The position numbers and the translations under genes are program-made. A model generated the notes under the pieces. It did no database searches, was not told where the DNA came from, and saw only the letters and a list, made by a program, of their open reading frames with translations. This document shows, one piece after another, positions 1 to 14,611 of a stretch of DNA of 64,000 nt; within the stretch, counting starts at the first letter, position 1; every line of letters starts with the position of its first letter. This DNA is from Camelus ferus (Eukaryota), in NCBI RefSeq assembly GCF_009834535.1, contig NC_045696.1, positions 12,278,001 to 12,342,000 on the forward strand. Direction: 5' to 3'.

Positions 1-87
1 AGAGCATTGGAGGGGGAGGCCCACCTGTGTCGCATATTCCAACCCCACAAATTCATTCACTTGGTTTTATTTCCTTGTGCTGTTTTT

Positions 88-351
88 ATAGGTCAGTAAT
101 CACTGATTTGCCATTCTGAAATCTCAGAAACTGAAAGTTTAGGTCTTTCTCCCAATTCATTTGGTGGCAAAATCTGAACTATCTAATGCATAGTCTTTAT
201 TTCCTAACTCCAATTAGTTCCTACATTTCACTGCAAAAATATATGAGTATATTTGATAACAAGTTAGGGGTACACGCAGCATAACACCTATCTAAATCTG
301 AAGTTCCAACATTTCTGGTCCTGAGGATCTTAGACCAGATGTTTGGATCTA
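88..351. mobile_element. Old non-autonomous DNA transposon fossil (TcMar/Tigger-like)
   Basis: Internal motifs such as tttggtggcaaaatctgaact and catttcactgcaaaaatat resemble an ancient eutherian MER/Tigger-type element as I recall it; family not verified. Confidence 0.35.
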
Positions 352-1529
352 TGCTGGGTACCACAACCACTTCTAAAAGAAGAAATGCCCTCAGAGAGGG
401 GCTTGATTAGATCACTGGTTCCTAACTAGCAATAAAGATGGCGCAGAAACTTTGTTTAGGGACAAGGGTGGGGTCTAGAAGTGATAAGAGGAGTGATAAG
501 AAGAGAGAGATAAGGACTTCCAGTGGCAAATATTGCCTACATTGCATTGACATAATTTCCAGAGAAATTTGCTCCAGCTTGTCATCCAAAAAGCAAAACC
601 AAGATGCTCTTCCTCTAGACCCTCCCAGTACTCTACATGGTTGATCCTACACTTCTGTTTATGGATCTTGGTGCATTTCCTTCAGCATTAAGAGGGAGAG
701 AGTGGATCTCACTGCTTTTTCAAGGCTGTAAAAATACAACTATGTTTTATCCTATTTACATTTGAATTAACAAGTTCTAAAATAAATTGTAAGGATAGAG
801 TTTAAGAAGTTCAGGAACTCCTTCAGACCTTCCAGATACAAAGGTTTTCATGTGAAAAAATTAATTTATGGCTAGAGTAATTTTATGGCAATTGTAAGAA
901 AGAAAATATCAAATAAGTTACTGAAATCTATAATGATGAAAAACTTGATGGCCATCTAAGAAATTAATTCAGATTTCTGAAAATTTGGCTGCATGTTTAC
1001 TTTCTTTTCTTATATATTATACATCTTATATATTGTATATATATATTTGAAATGCCATTTTGAATAACTGATTTTCTATTAAACATTTGAAATGCGTAAG
1101 AAAGAAATTGCTTAAAATCAGTAAATAAGTCTTTCAAATAATGTTGTAAATGTATTCTAAGTTGTGCTCAGACTCTACAAATGTTCTGATATATTATTTC
1201 AAATACACCACAAACTTAAGCATATATTTTCAAGAAGCATTTTAGCCAATCAAGACATTTTCTTATGCCCTGTTATTCAAACATTTTCTAATTGTTGGTT
1301 TAAGTGGGACGTTTCATATCAACAATAAACAGCTCCATTAAGAACAAAAATGCCTAACTTGGAATCATATAATATACTTGATTTGCTAATAACTTGGGAC
1401 GCATGATTTTTAAATTATATTTAGGGGAAAGAGCCTTTCGGTTGCAATTTGATTATGGACATAGAATTATAATCAAGCCCTAGTAGAGCTATGTCACATT
1501 TTTTTTTTTAAATTTTCCAGCCTCAAGTA

Positions 1530-2000
1530 GATAGGGTTTTGATTTGATCACATCCTCAGGAATTCAGTGTGGCTCGCTGTTGAGTGGAATCTTGGATTAT
1601 GCTCATTTAGAGCTGGAAGGGGAAATGACCAACAAGAGATCTAACAGAAAGCAGACTCTGCCATATGGCTCCTAGCTATTTGCCCTTTGAAGCTCAGTGA
1701 AAGAGATCTGAGATACTACAGGGATGTTTTCCCTTTGTCATGAAAGATTTGTCTAGGAAGACAGCAGAAGCCATGAATTTGACATGTTGGTCAAAATACA
1801 AGAAGTCCAAGCCAACAGATGGGAAAGTAGAGGGCCTCCAGCTGCTTCAAATGAATCCCTGTGGTGCTGAGCATCTTTCAAAGGGGGCCAGTCTGAGAAT
1901 AAAACCACAGAGTTCTTCCCCCATCACTAAGTAGCCCTATAAGTCTCAGCTCATGAGATACCTTCTGTTTGCTTCGGTTCTGAGAGACCCTTACTAAACA
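1530..2000 (+). mobile_element. Possible old ERVL-type solo LTR (MLT2-like)
   Basis: Ends in ggttctgagagacccttactaaaca, similar to ERVL LTR 3' termini; the remainder is highly diverged. Confidence 0.3.
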
Positions 2001-3500
2001 ATGTTTGGTTGGCAATCTTATGTGTAAGAGGAATATAATCAGTGCTGTGTGAAAACCGGCTAATTAAAGCTTTCCTTCTTTGGCCTATTATCCCCAGAAT
2101 TAGGCTTTTTTGTTGTTGTTCTATTTATTTGTTTAAAAATTTTGACAACTATGTGTTTGCAAAATTCTGAGAATGTTTATGCTATCCTGAACCTGGGATT
2201 TTTTTTACATACACAATAAACCCCAAGTCCAACCCCTACCTGACTAAAATTTAGGAAGGTTTCAAATTTCCATTTTGAGCTATCACAAGCAATCACTTTT
2301 TTAAGAAAGAAAATTCAGGCAATATTTATATAGCCCAGAGGCCACATTTTTTTCATTCATAAGTTATTTATTGTGATAAAAAAATTGAGTACATTCTTAA
2401 AATATGGGAAAATACTTTATGAATAGAATCATATCAATTAGAAAATTGACACCATTGTTTTTGGTTTTTTAATTTATTAACATCATTGTCTCCCAACTAT
2501 GGGTCCTGTCATATAAAGATAATAAATGCTGATGAAGATAAAATGTTGATACTGCCAGGATATTTGAAAATTAGCATCCTGATGAAATTATACATTGGAT
2601 CATACTGTAGCAGAACCCAACCACAGGTTGCTCACCAAAGATAATGACACATTTCAACTTCAAACCCTATAATTTAGTGCCATTGAATTAGGATTATCAG
2701 ATTTCTATCTAGAGACAATGTGTGATGACTTTACAATAAATCACCAAAAAAAAATCAAGTAGGCAGTGACATGACAAGGGTTATAACAATTTAGAGTCCA
2801 AGAAATATAAGAACTGAAGATGACTTAATAAACCTACTTCTTTCTATTCTCTTTTTACCTGCTCTTTAAGGACCACTGTTTATATGGAAACAATCTAGGA
2901 TTGTAATGCAGAGCTTGGGTGGTCCTTTATCTATCATGTTTAGGTGGACTAGAGTTCCTTAAAGAGAAAGTCAAGGCTGATCCAATGGGGAGGAGCATGG
3001 GGCAGAAGGAGGGAACAGAACATCAGAGAGAAAGGGAGAAAGAGGGATGACACCAGTTGAAGTTTGGCAGGTTGAGCCTTTTTTTTTCCTCATGACTTTT
3101 GAAAATCATCTGCTAGACTGACTTTGGGTTATAATTTATAATTTCAGCAGAAGCCAGAAAATTAGCAGTAACAAGACCATGGCAACCCAATGGATAGTGA
3201 TTTAAGGTTATAGGAGACCACTCCTTTTATCATCCATGGAATCAGTATGTATACTCTAGAGAGAAAGAAAGAATTACTTTTAAGGGCTAAACCCAGTATC
3301 TTTCACCAACATAATTCACTGAAAATGTTAAAAAAAAAAAATTTTTTTTCCTTTAAACTTGTTCTAAACTGACTTGAGTTTTGCCATCCGTGGAGCAATT
3401 CAGGAAAGATTCTAGTTGCCCTCCTTTCAGGGCTAAATTTCCTAAGCATGACATACCAGGCAAGACCTAGGCTTGTGTCTTTAAGAGTAAAAGTTGCTTC

Positions 3501-4642
3501 TAGGTCAGTTTACCAAGGTAATAGAAATAAAAGCAAAAATAAATAAATGGGACCTAATTAAACTTTTAAACTTTGCACACGGCAAAGGAAACCATAAACA
3601 ATACAAGAAGACAACCTACAGACTGGGAAAAATATTTGCAAATGGTGCAATTGACAAGGACTTAACTTCTAGAACATACAAACAATTCATACAAATCAAT
3701 AATAATGACAAAAAGAACTCCAATCAAAAAAAATTGGCAGATGCTCTAAACAGATATTTTTCCAATGAAGACATACAGATGGCCAATAGGTACATGAAAA
3801 GATGCTCGATATTGCTAATTACCAGAGAAATATAAATCAAAACTACAATGAGATATCACTTCACATTAGTCAGTATGGTCATCATGAAAAAGTCCACAAA
3901 AGATAAATGCTGGAGAGGGTGTGGGGAAAAGGGAACCCTCCTACACTGTTGGTGGGAATGTAATTTGGTTCAGCCATTATGGAAAATAGTATGGGGATTC
4001 CTTAACCAACTAAAAATAGATTTAACATGATCCAGCGATCCCACTTCTGGGCATATATCCAGAGAAAGCTCCAATTTGAAAAGATACCTGCACTCCAATG
4101 TTCAGAACAGCACTATTTACAATAGTCAAGACATGGGAGCAACCTAAATGTCCATCAACAGATGAATAGATAAAGAAGTTGTGAGATAGATAGATAGATA
4201 TACAATGAAATACTACTCAGTCATAAAAAAGAATAAAATAATTCCATTTGCAGCAACATGGATGGACCTACAGATTATTATACTAAGCCAGACAGAAAAA
4301 GACAGATATCATATGATATCATATGTGGAATCTTAAAAAAAGACAGAAATGAACTTATTCACAACACAGAAACAGACTCACAGACCCAGAAAAGCAACTT
4401 ATGGTTACCAAAGGGAAAAGGGGGTTGATAAATTAGAAGTGGGATTAGCAGATACAAACTACTATATATAAAATAGGTAAATAAGGAATTACTGTGAAGC
4501 AAGAGGATCTATATTTAATATCTTGTAATAACCTAAAACAAAAATGAATATAAAATATATATATGTATGACTGAATCACTATGTTGTACACCAGAAACTA
4601 AGACAACATTGTAAATCGAATATACTTCAATAGGAAAAAAAA
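3501..4642 (+). mobile_element. 5'-truncated LINE-1 (ORF2 C-terminus, 3' UTR, poly(A)), cetartiodactyl type
   Basis: Translates to L1 ORF2p motifs ([36 protein letters not shown]) with stops and frameshifts. TSD aagagtaaaagttgcttc (3483-3500) versus aagagtaaagttgcttc (4643-4659). Confidence 0.95.
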
Positions 4643-6698
4643 AAGAGTAAAGTTGCTTCAATCCTGGGACAGTTGCCTTTTTTCAGTCATCAGTTTTACT
4701 TTTTTGTTTCACCTCTGCACGATAATGTCTATGTGGTTGGAGGGGAGAGAGTTAGAGGTAATTAGCAATATTGAGCACCTTTTCTGAAATATTATGGTCT
4801 CCTAACTATGATTCTGTCACTTGAAGAAAATACTGACAGTAGAGAGTAGAGTCAAAAAAAATAAATAAATAAACTAAGCTCTTGCCTGGTGTTCAAACCT
4901 ATGATTTCATATGAACATTACAATGATTATTCTCTACTAAGATAAAGACCCAAGCTGGTGAATGGCTTAATAACTTCCAGCAACTATGTGAAATTGTTCT
5001 GTTAAAGTCGATGACCTGTGGTTCTCTGTCTCTTCTGAAGACGGGATGAAAATAGAGAGGCTCGGACTACGCTGCTTTACAGAAGAGATATAATTTAGAT
5101 ATTCAGGATTTCCTAATTACAGTTGGTCATTATAAAGAAAATTGATTTCTAAAAAAGATTGCTATTGTTCTCTTAGGAAGAAGGTATCATTTTGGTTTGG
5201 GACCAGTCACCCTTAGAGAAAGAAAAATATTATTCTCAGATTGGGGTCTTCCACATTAGCAGCTAGCATGCTTCATCAGACACAAGCCTATGACACTAAA
5301 ATTTGCCTCTGTTCTGTTAAGAGCAATAGGCTTTTCTTCCAGTTGTTTGTATGGGATAGAACTGAATTCCCCACATTTATTTCAGAGTCAGAAAGCAAAA
5401 AAGCATACTTTGACATTTGTTAAGTAATGTATGTAATAATATCCAGTAAAACTCACAGGTTATGCTAACCGTCATGGGTTAACTGTCCTCTGAGATTATG
5501 CTAACATCTAGTCTTCCCATCAGAATTCATGCCAAAGCACACTCCTGAGCCAGAACGTCTTCTCTGTCCTTGATCAGCCACTCCCTCTCCTCTCACTGCC
5601 CTTCCTCATCCACAGCCAGCTGTGTGTTTGCACTGCCGGTCAGCCAATCAGCAAAGGAACAGGGAGGCTTTACAAGAGCCTCTGAGTGTCTGGGAAATGC
5701 ATCCATCACCTCATTGCAGAGAGCCCCTTCCTACCTCATTTGGTGGGGGAGAGCAAGGATCCTGGAGTTCTCCCTTCCCATCAGTCACAAATCATTTCAT
5801 CACATGTGCTTTGGATAAAGCTATAAAATCAGACATTCACTCAAGAGAAAAGGTGTAGGCATTAACTCTGGGCTGGTTTCCGGTGGTATATACTCAGCTT
5901 TTTGCCTCATTTCCTCTAGTGCTCTGTCATAGAATTTAAAGGATTTCTAAAGACAATAAAGCTGAAAGCAATGGAAAGAAACTTGGCCAGAAAAAGAAGA
6001 GAAAATAAGCCTTCAATATTAAAATCCTTTAAAAGGGGATGAAAGAATTACATTAAATGGCAATTATAATACAGTAAGGAAATGACTCCAGGGCTGGTAA
6101 GCTCATCATACTTCGGGGATGGGGGAAAGAAAATTCCACCATGAGCAGGAAAAGGCAAAGCTTTGGAGCCAGAACATAGCCACCGAGTCATTTGTGTCTG
6201 GGGGAAGCCACTAGGGCAAAAGTCACTGAGGTCAAGGTCTGTGGGAAGACCATCAGTGAGACTTCTCGTTCATCTTCAGTGGTCCTTCCTTTCCAGCACT
6301 ACCCAATTCACAAGGAGCTGACCGTCATTATGGGGACCTAGGAACATACTCAATGGCTTTCATGAACCTCACCAGGACTTCTCTATTGGGGTGCTAAGCA
6401 ATGTTAACAATGGAAAAAAGAGTCACCATCTTCGGTTACTTGTTCAGGGTTAATCACAACTGAGTTAATACAGTCTCAATTTTCATTACTCAAATGTCAC
6501 CTGAATCAAACCAACCAAGTACAACAAAAAGTTAATCACTCTTTACATGAATTATAGCTCTACCATGTAGATAGCTTTTTATCATGTTGATCACAAGTCC
6601 TTTAAGTCTTTCCTTCCTCTCTTTTCCTTTCCTTTCTCTCTCAATCTTTCTCTTCTTTTTTTTCACTCTTTCTTTCTTTGCTATTCTGTCCCTCCAAC

Positions 6699-6765
6699 TA
6701 TGAATTGAATTATGAATTCTAAATTATGAATTCTAAAATTGATAATAAATTCTAAATTATGAATC
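6699..6765. repeat. Short degenerate ~14-bp tandem repeat (tatgaattctaaat)
   Basis: About 4 imperfect copies are visible in the sequence. Confidence 0.6.
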
Positions 6766-9179
6766 TCTTAAGAGAAAAGTAATTGTATCATCTATAATTG
6801 TGTTACATCACAAGATTCTGAGAAATATTTATTGAACCAAACAAAACTGAAGGTTGTCAGAGTCACTCTGAAGATGAGAAAGATAATAAGGGAGGGGGAG
6901 GATACGGTTCCTTATCTGTAAAACGTACATAATAGCCATCTCTTAGAGTTAACGGATGAATTCTGATGCCATGTCATACATGTCTGATATTTGCCACAGC
7001 CTCAGTTAAGAAATTGTTCATCTATTACTATCATTACCGGTTATGGCATTATTTTTATTACTTTTAACAATGATATTATGTGTGTTATTGAGTTCATAGG
7101 TGGCCTCGTGGTGACTTCAGCTGCTGTGGAATTGAAGTGACTGCCCTTGTCTCCAAATAGAGTATTGATGGTGCTAGGAAAGGCTTTACCACCATCCACC
7201 ACACCTCTTTTCCATGTTTGTACTTTTCCAAGTATATTCTTGGTTATTGTTTCTCTGACTTTTACGCCTTATCATTTTTTTCAAGTTTTCTTAAGGGGAC
7301 TTCTCTTATTCTAATGATTTTCATATTAAATTTCTATATCTGGTTTTAACGTGAAACCAGTTTGCAAACCAGAATAAAGAACATGCGAGAAAAGGAAGCT
7401 GATACCGGAGTGGCTGTTAGATGAATTTTTTTTTTTTCAATGTGGGAACTCCACAGATTTGTGGTAAATGGGACAAATGATTCTAGTCTATTTTGTGTCA
7501 GGTAAATTCATTCAGTTCCCTTGAGAGATAGATCTAGTTTTTGGATGTTTCTCCTTTTAATTAATAATAAACTCTCATTCAAATAATGAGAGAAAAGCAA
7601 GAAACGGAAGAAAAGAACCTTCAATCTGCGATGCAAAACTGTTTTAGACAATAATTATTGCCACATTTTTTGTATTATTGTGAAAGTAAAATATCAGACC
7701 AACATTTAGACTGTTTTATGAAAAGAAAAAAGGAATATCATTTTGTTCCTGATAATTGGCATTTAAACTTCTACATATTATAAGAGATAGCACTCATCTA
7801 TTTACCACAATGTTCTGTTTGAAACAGATTGTTTTAATATTTTAATAGATAATCAAACTGCAGGCAGTTGGATATTCTGATTTCTCTCCAGAGGATTAGA
7901 GCTTACATTTACATTTTAGAATCATTAATTTTTAGGTAGTATTTAATTAAAGCTTTGAAAACATATGAAATTACTTTGAGAAAAAATAGAAATGCAAAGA
8001 TATTATTTCATTATAATCGTTTTTAGCTGTCAATCATAGGAAAAAATGATATGGAATCAGACCAAATAATTGGTGATCAATTTCATCATCAAAAAGAGAT
8101 AAACAACTATGGAAACCATAGGGTAATAAAGGTATTAAAGTAAAATTGGGGGAAGGATCAAGTAGAGGGCACTGGTCTACACCCCTAAAAATGTTAGAAG
8201 TCATTTAAGACCCTGTATACTTTGCTGAAGACAACGGTCACTGTTTTACCACTTATATATTTCTGTGTATGTGCCTAGAATAAAAAAAAAAGAGAAATTT
8301 TTATTTTGCCTTTTCTTCAAAAATAGCTAAATTTGAAAGTAGGTTTATAGTTTACTAACACATATTCTAGTTCAAATGGCCAAATGCAACGACATAACTT
8401 CATGACCCTACTCTCTGATTTTCTGACATCCTTCTCAGGCTGGTTTCTTCCAGATCAACATTCTCAACCTCAAGAGTAATTCCGAAAGAAGGTCAACATT
8501 CTCCATTTAAATGCCAATAAATTTTATTTCTCTGCATAACAAAACAGAACAAAAATGTCCCTAAATACACATATGTAAGAATTTCAAATTTGATGGAAAT
8601 GTTAAAGAGACAAGGCCAATAAATCGTAAAAGCTTTTACTGTTTTGACACATTTTTTTTCTTTCTTAGATCTTTTGATACTGATTTTATTTTGTATGAGA
8701 AGACAGTGTAATTTTTTTACTAGTAAAAATAGTGGTAAAAAACAGTGGTTGTAGAAAAGATAGCGTATTCAGGTATAATATGTCATGGTTCAACTGAGAA
8801 TTGGTGAGATTATCTAGGAAACATAGCCATGAAGCCTTTGGGAGCCAGGCAAAGAGCAAAGAGAAACACAGAGCAATGCGGAGAATGTAGTTTTGACTGT
8901 ACCTCCATCCAACTGAATACATTTTATTCAGGTCTTTTAAATCTTTAGGTCTCAGCTCCATTTGTAAAATGTGGGTTAATAAGTTAAAAGGCTAACTCTA
9001 ATTATCTACAGACTTAGGGCACTTATCATGCAAAGCTAAGGCTCTATCAAAACTCTATTCTTGCCTGAAGTCATAAGATACCATGTTGTCGTGGCTGGGG
9101 TAATTTTTTGGATCATAATTCTCATCTCTTCTTTTCAACTTCATAGAACCTAGTCAAAGAAGGGTAGCTTCTCAAACCA

Positions 9180-9637
9180 TGTTTATTTCATTCAGAAATC
9201 TATATTTGGGCAATGCATGGAGGTAATAACTTGTCTCTGCTCCACTCAGAATGAACTGGGATGGCTTCAAAGCTGGAGTCGAGAATCATCTGAAGGTTTG
9301 CTCACCCACATATCAGACAGTTTGTACTGGCTGTCTGTTGAGATCTTATCCAGAGCTCTCAGCCAGAAAACCTATGTGTGACTTCTGTGCTTCCTCACAA
9401 AATGATGCCTGGGTTTCAGAGTGAAGTGTTCTGAGAGAGAAAGAGAAAGATAGAGGGAGAAGTAGAGAAAGAAAGAGAGCCGGCAGAAACTTTGAAAGTC
9501 ATACAATGCTGCATCTACCACATTCTATTTATCTATCACAGGTGCCACCAAGATTTCTTGGAATAGGAAAAAACTCTCTGTCTTTACCAAGAAGGGCAAA
9601 GTTCTGTAAAAGCATATGGGAAACGTGACCCGCCACA
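9180..9637 (-). mobile_element. MaLR LTR fragment (MLT1G/H-like)
   Basis: gaatcatctgaaggtttgctcacccacat, cttcctcacaaaatgatg and the ...ccgccaca terminus are typical of reverse-oriented MLT1. Confidence 0.6.
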
Positions 9638-12600
9638 ACTGATTTGCTCAACATGCGTCATTATTCTTCCAAAGAGGCGTTTTGTTCTTGTTGTTACATT
9701 CTAACGGAGTTTTATCATGAAGAAGGGAATTGATGACTATGAAAAAGAAAGACATAAAGCAATTAGTTAACAATTGTTTAAATCATTAAATATTAATTTA
9801 TGCTAATTATACACTCTTTCAAATGGTGCTATTTACTACCTGAATACTCTTAAGGAGAAATTCTTTTTATGAGATGGAAAAATGTAAAACAGTAGGTTTA
9901 ATCTACAGTTTTCCTTCTGGTGGCAGGGAGTTGTCCTGATTTCAAATCTCAAATATTATTTTTCCCCTCTCTGCTCTTTCTCTCTCACCTTCTCCTGCTT
10001 CTTCTTCCATTCTTGCTTTTGTAAAATAATTTTTGCATAACTATCCTTAAGATAATAGTTATATCTCATCACACTCTATACTCATACCGTTTCTTCAGAT
10101 TTCAAATTAGATCTGAAGCCCAGTATGTGACCAGAGGTTGCCAAAGTGCACACAAAGTCTATTTAGGGAAAGAATATTCTGGATAGTAAGAAAACATGGA
10201 AAATTCTAAAGGATGAAAAAAAGAATAGAGTCAGGAGGAAAAGAGAGAGGGGCATGTCTATTTTGGTGTGGAAAGGCAAAGAGTGGACAGATGGAAGGAT
10301 GTAACAGAAACAGCCAGCTCAGTGAGGAGGGAACTCAATCTCTCTGGTGGGCATCACTGGTACTTCCTGAAGTGTAGTTTGAAGAGACTTCAAGTAGTCA
10401 TGTCCAGGTTAGGGTGGGAGAGATAACTAAATAAATAATTCCAAAAGCCCCTCCTTATCTGCATAGAATAGACAATATAGTCAGGGGTTATAGAAATTTC
10501 CATATGCCCAGCAACAAAGCACAGAGAAAGTTAACAAGCAGAAATATTGAGGAAGTCTGTCTGAGAAAGCCACAATATGCAAAAATGTCACCATGGGTGG
10601 CAAATGCCAAGGACTGTGGGCTCCAGTAACTGAGACAAGAATGCTGACCACATAGCAAACAGGACCAGTCCTGCTTCACTGGTCATTGGTTCAAGGGAGA
10701 CACCAGACAAGCCCCTGATTCGCAGAGACCAGCAGGATTCAGAGGATACCTTGTAAAATAGAACGCTGCCACCGAGGTTCTCCCTTTCTGAACACACGTG
10801 GAGAGGAAGAAGAGAGGCAAAGAAAATCTGAACTCCCAAGTGCTTGCTCAGAGATGGCTGATGCATCCAAAAGTACTGGAAGGGACTGTGGTACTATGAA
10901 CTCTAGGTTGTGACTTAGGTTCCCCCAGCTACTCACAAAGCAGCTGTTAATGAGGATGTTCAAATCAGTTACAGTAAATTAAAATGCTATTTCACCCTTC
11001 TGAAAACATAACTGTCTAGTAAATTTGTGAGCCCTCCCTCCTATAGAATCTTGAAAAGTTGAGTCTTAAAGAAGCAATTGAGCTAATCTGAAAGAAGAGA
11101 AGAGGGGATTGGGAGTCATGGGACCTGCTTTAAGGGCACTGTCACCTGGCTGTGAAGAAACATGCACAAAATGACCTATTATCCAAAATGGTAAATCAAA
11201 ATCTTGTACATCCTAGCAAATGTAAAGAAGTGATCAGATGTGAATGACACTTAGTGGATTTAGAAGTCACTTTCACAGTATGATGAAGAAGCAGAAGTTG
11301 GCACAGGAAGGAGCAGATATTTTAGATGGAAGGAAAGATCTCAGCAAAAGAGTAGAGAAGGAATTAAGACACTTGGGCAGAAGTCAAAATGCAGTCAAAA
11401 CTTCTATAAGCTTGTTAAAAGAGGACTAGAAATTGGGAACATGTAACGGGAAAGGAAAATAGAATTGTGCCATCATGCCAAGGACCATCACACAAGGCAG
11501 CTTTGTGAGACTGATCAGCCTCTATAACCACAATAGGGTTACAGCCCAGTTGTGCAACACATTATTTTTTTCACAAAATTTCATGTATATCCCACCATTG
11601 TAGAAAGCCCTATGAAAAAGCATCTTGTCTTCATCTTAGACATACAGTCATAAGAAAAAAATCAAGTCAAGTAGCATCTGACTATGACCATATCAAAATG
11701 TCAAGACATGATCCTGATATGTCCCTACCCTGATTTAAAATCAGTGTTGACCCAATTATAGTAATAACCTTTGTATTTTGAAAAATGCCAGAATCTCTGA
11801 TGACTATGAAAGAGGTGATTGCTATTATTCCATTCCAAAGAAGGCCAGGTAGAGAAGCTTTGAGAGATGGAGAAAATCTGGAAGAGAAATATTTTGGCCC
11901 AAATCCAGCTTCCCACTCAAGAGTTTTATAATGGCCGATGGTCTCATCCCCAAGAGCTACTATGGCCACATTTAACTTCTGGCCTGAGTCCCAGCACTTC
12001 TGCTGTTCTTTGATTTTTCTACTGGTCCACAAAGATGGAAATTCATGCATGAAAGGATATTTAGAGTAAGTGTGTACAAATATGGGCATCTTCTGTTCAC
12101 CTAATGCAGGACCAGGTCCATTTCTGAATGCATGCTTGTTATTTAACCCCATAAAAAAGTAAGAAACACAAAAGATCTATTGGATCATCTTATCAACTCT
12201 TTCTTTTGGTTCCCTTAATAGTCCAAGATGCTGTCAAATGAAACTAACCACATCAGTGCATTTCCAAGGACTAAGGCAAGGAATGCCTCTGGAATTTACG
12301 TAGATGACCAATCAGCCTGCCCGCTCCAACAAATCTCTAAGTTCATTATTAGAAACAATGAAAAAATATAATATCCTTGACCATCATATGTCACCTTCCA
12401 GTGTGTCTTTCTTCTAGGATTAATAGACATGACACTAAATTCAAGGGAAAAAATTTTTTACACATTTATATGGAATGATTCCTTCCCTTGCTATTAATAA
12501 ACTGGGAGACTCATCCAGCTGAACTCTCTCATTGCACGTGTGTGTGTGCCAGGACTAGAGGGAAATCTCAGCATCGTCTACATCTGACAAGCCTCCTGCT

Positions 12601-13251
12601 AATGAACCCTAACGGGTTTAGCATACATCCTCCATGGCTGGCTTGCTTGAGATTTGTTCCATCATGGAAAAAAAAAAAGTTCAAGTTTATAGCAGAGCTG
12701 GATGTTAGGATTGCTTAAAGTGAAATGGAGTCTGTTGATCTGCTCAGTGTCATGATCAGTACCCTGGAAATATTTGGCCAAATCCTTGTGCTATTCTTAC
12801 AAATTAGAAGCCTTTTCTTTCTTTAATAGAAAGGAAACAGATCATGCAGCAATGTTGAGTAGCAACAGGCTGGTGCATGACAAGAGTCCGGTGGAGTAGC
12901 CACACACATACTCTCTTTACTTTAGGGTTGGCAGACATTGGAAGGTTTGGAATGTACACCAGAAAGAAATTCCTCCCGTCTCATTCCATGGAGCTAGTTC
13001 ACTGATGGTGAAGCAATGTTAAAACTCTCAGAATGCTGGCTCTGAAAAATGCTGAAGTTATCAAAAAACACTCAGAGAATTTCTATTGAATCCAAAATAT
13101 ATAAGCATTTATCCAAGGGTACCCCGTGTCTCAGTCTTGATGAATAATAGGTAGTTGAAAGTGTTCCTATCCCTAACACGTAATGTTGTGATTCATGGTA
13201 AAGCATTTGCAACCTCACAACTACATCTTTGAGGTATGTTAAGGTCCATTG

Positions 13252-13419
13252 TGTGTTCTCAACTCTGATTGTGTCACCCAGAGAGCTCTCACTAAACACC
13301 AACACCCAGGGCCCTATCCCCAGAGATTCTGACTTAGTTGGCCTAGGGTGGAGCCAGGCATTCGGGTTTTTTATAGCTCTCCAGAACATACTAACATGCA
13401 GCCAATGTTAAAAACTGAT
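13252..13419. mobile_element. MER5-family hAT-Charlie DNA transposon
   Basis: Core gggccctatccccagagattctgacttagttggcctagggtggagccaggcat with degenerate terminal inverted repeats. Confidence 0.8.
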
Positions 13420-13628
13420 GAGCAAAATCTTAAAATTAACAAGCTGAATCTGAAATGAATTATAGGTATATTGATAGATTATACTAGTGTGTAACCCTTG
13501 GTTAGAAGACTTTTGGAAACTTCTAGAAAAAAAATATTTTTGCCTAGCAGGACTGCTGGCTCACTACTCTACTTCTGGTCTCCTGTATATCTGAGATTAG
13601 GAACTCCTAGGCATAAACGTACATGGGA

Positions 13629-13860
13629 GAGGCAGCACAGTGTCATGGCTAAGAAGATAGCTTTTATATTCTTGGGTTTGGATTTAGTGGTGTGATCTCG
13701 GCCATGCAACTCAGTCCCTCTGTCTCTCAATTTTCTTCCTCTAAAGTAATGATAATAGCTCCAGCTGAAAGGATGAAATGCCTCTATGAAATGAAAGGAT
13801 GAAACACTTGCTTTGGTGCCTGTCCCGTGGGTAGCTCTGCTTAAGTACTGGCTGTTACTA
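13629..13860 (+). mobile_element. MIR SINE
   Basis: ggcagcacagtgtcatggctaag head, followed by a core-like ctctgtctctcaattttcttcctctaaag segment. Confidence 0.6.
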
Positions 13861-14611
13861 CTCCTAGGCTGTCATTATGCTTAATGGTGAAAACTAATGA
13901 TGCACAAAAATTCAAATCCAAAGTAGTGAAGTCATGAACAGGGTTCTAAACATGAAGAGCTGGCTTTTGTTTTCTCTTCACTGTAGGCCTAGCCATTCAA
14001 TGATCTTTATATATCTTGTGATTCTACACAGAACTCAGCCACATAAACAATTTTCTTTTATCAAAAGGGCTACATGGCTTTTTTTTTTTTGCCAGTATTT
14101 GCAAATTTGGGGTCAGTTATAATTGTATGTTTACTGACAGCATCGTTGCAATACTATGAAAACTATAGTTTTCAGAACAGTGCTGTATTCCCGAATGTCT
14201 TGTGTACTTCTATGGCAGTTATGGTGATATTTAGAGTGTAAACATTACATAAACCTGAAATTTAAATTTCCATTTGTACAGTAACAGGACTGACATAATG
14301 TGGGTCCAAAATACTAGTTTAAAAAGAAATTTTTCAATTAAAAAGACTTTTGTGTAAACATGAGCTTCACTTATTTCATGACTTCATTACTTGACAAAAT
14401 ATAATTGGGACAATGTATTGGTCCATGCCATTAATACAGCACAGATTTTTTCACTCCACTCACTCTAAGTTAGTGTTTTACTTTTAATCCTGAAGGGAGG
14501 TTTTCTCCAATGGATCAGAATAAAGATTTCAGCCATGTGAGGCAGCAGAAGAAAATCTTCCTCTTCTTGTAGACTCTATATTTGTATAACAGAAACTGAA
14601 AAGAACTTTGG

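Noticed and set aside
3494..4030. ORFs with a CCHC zinc-knuckle motif
   Set aside because: They are the decayed C-terminus of a 5'-truncated L1 ORF2, with stops and frameshifts.
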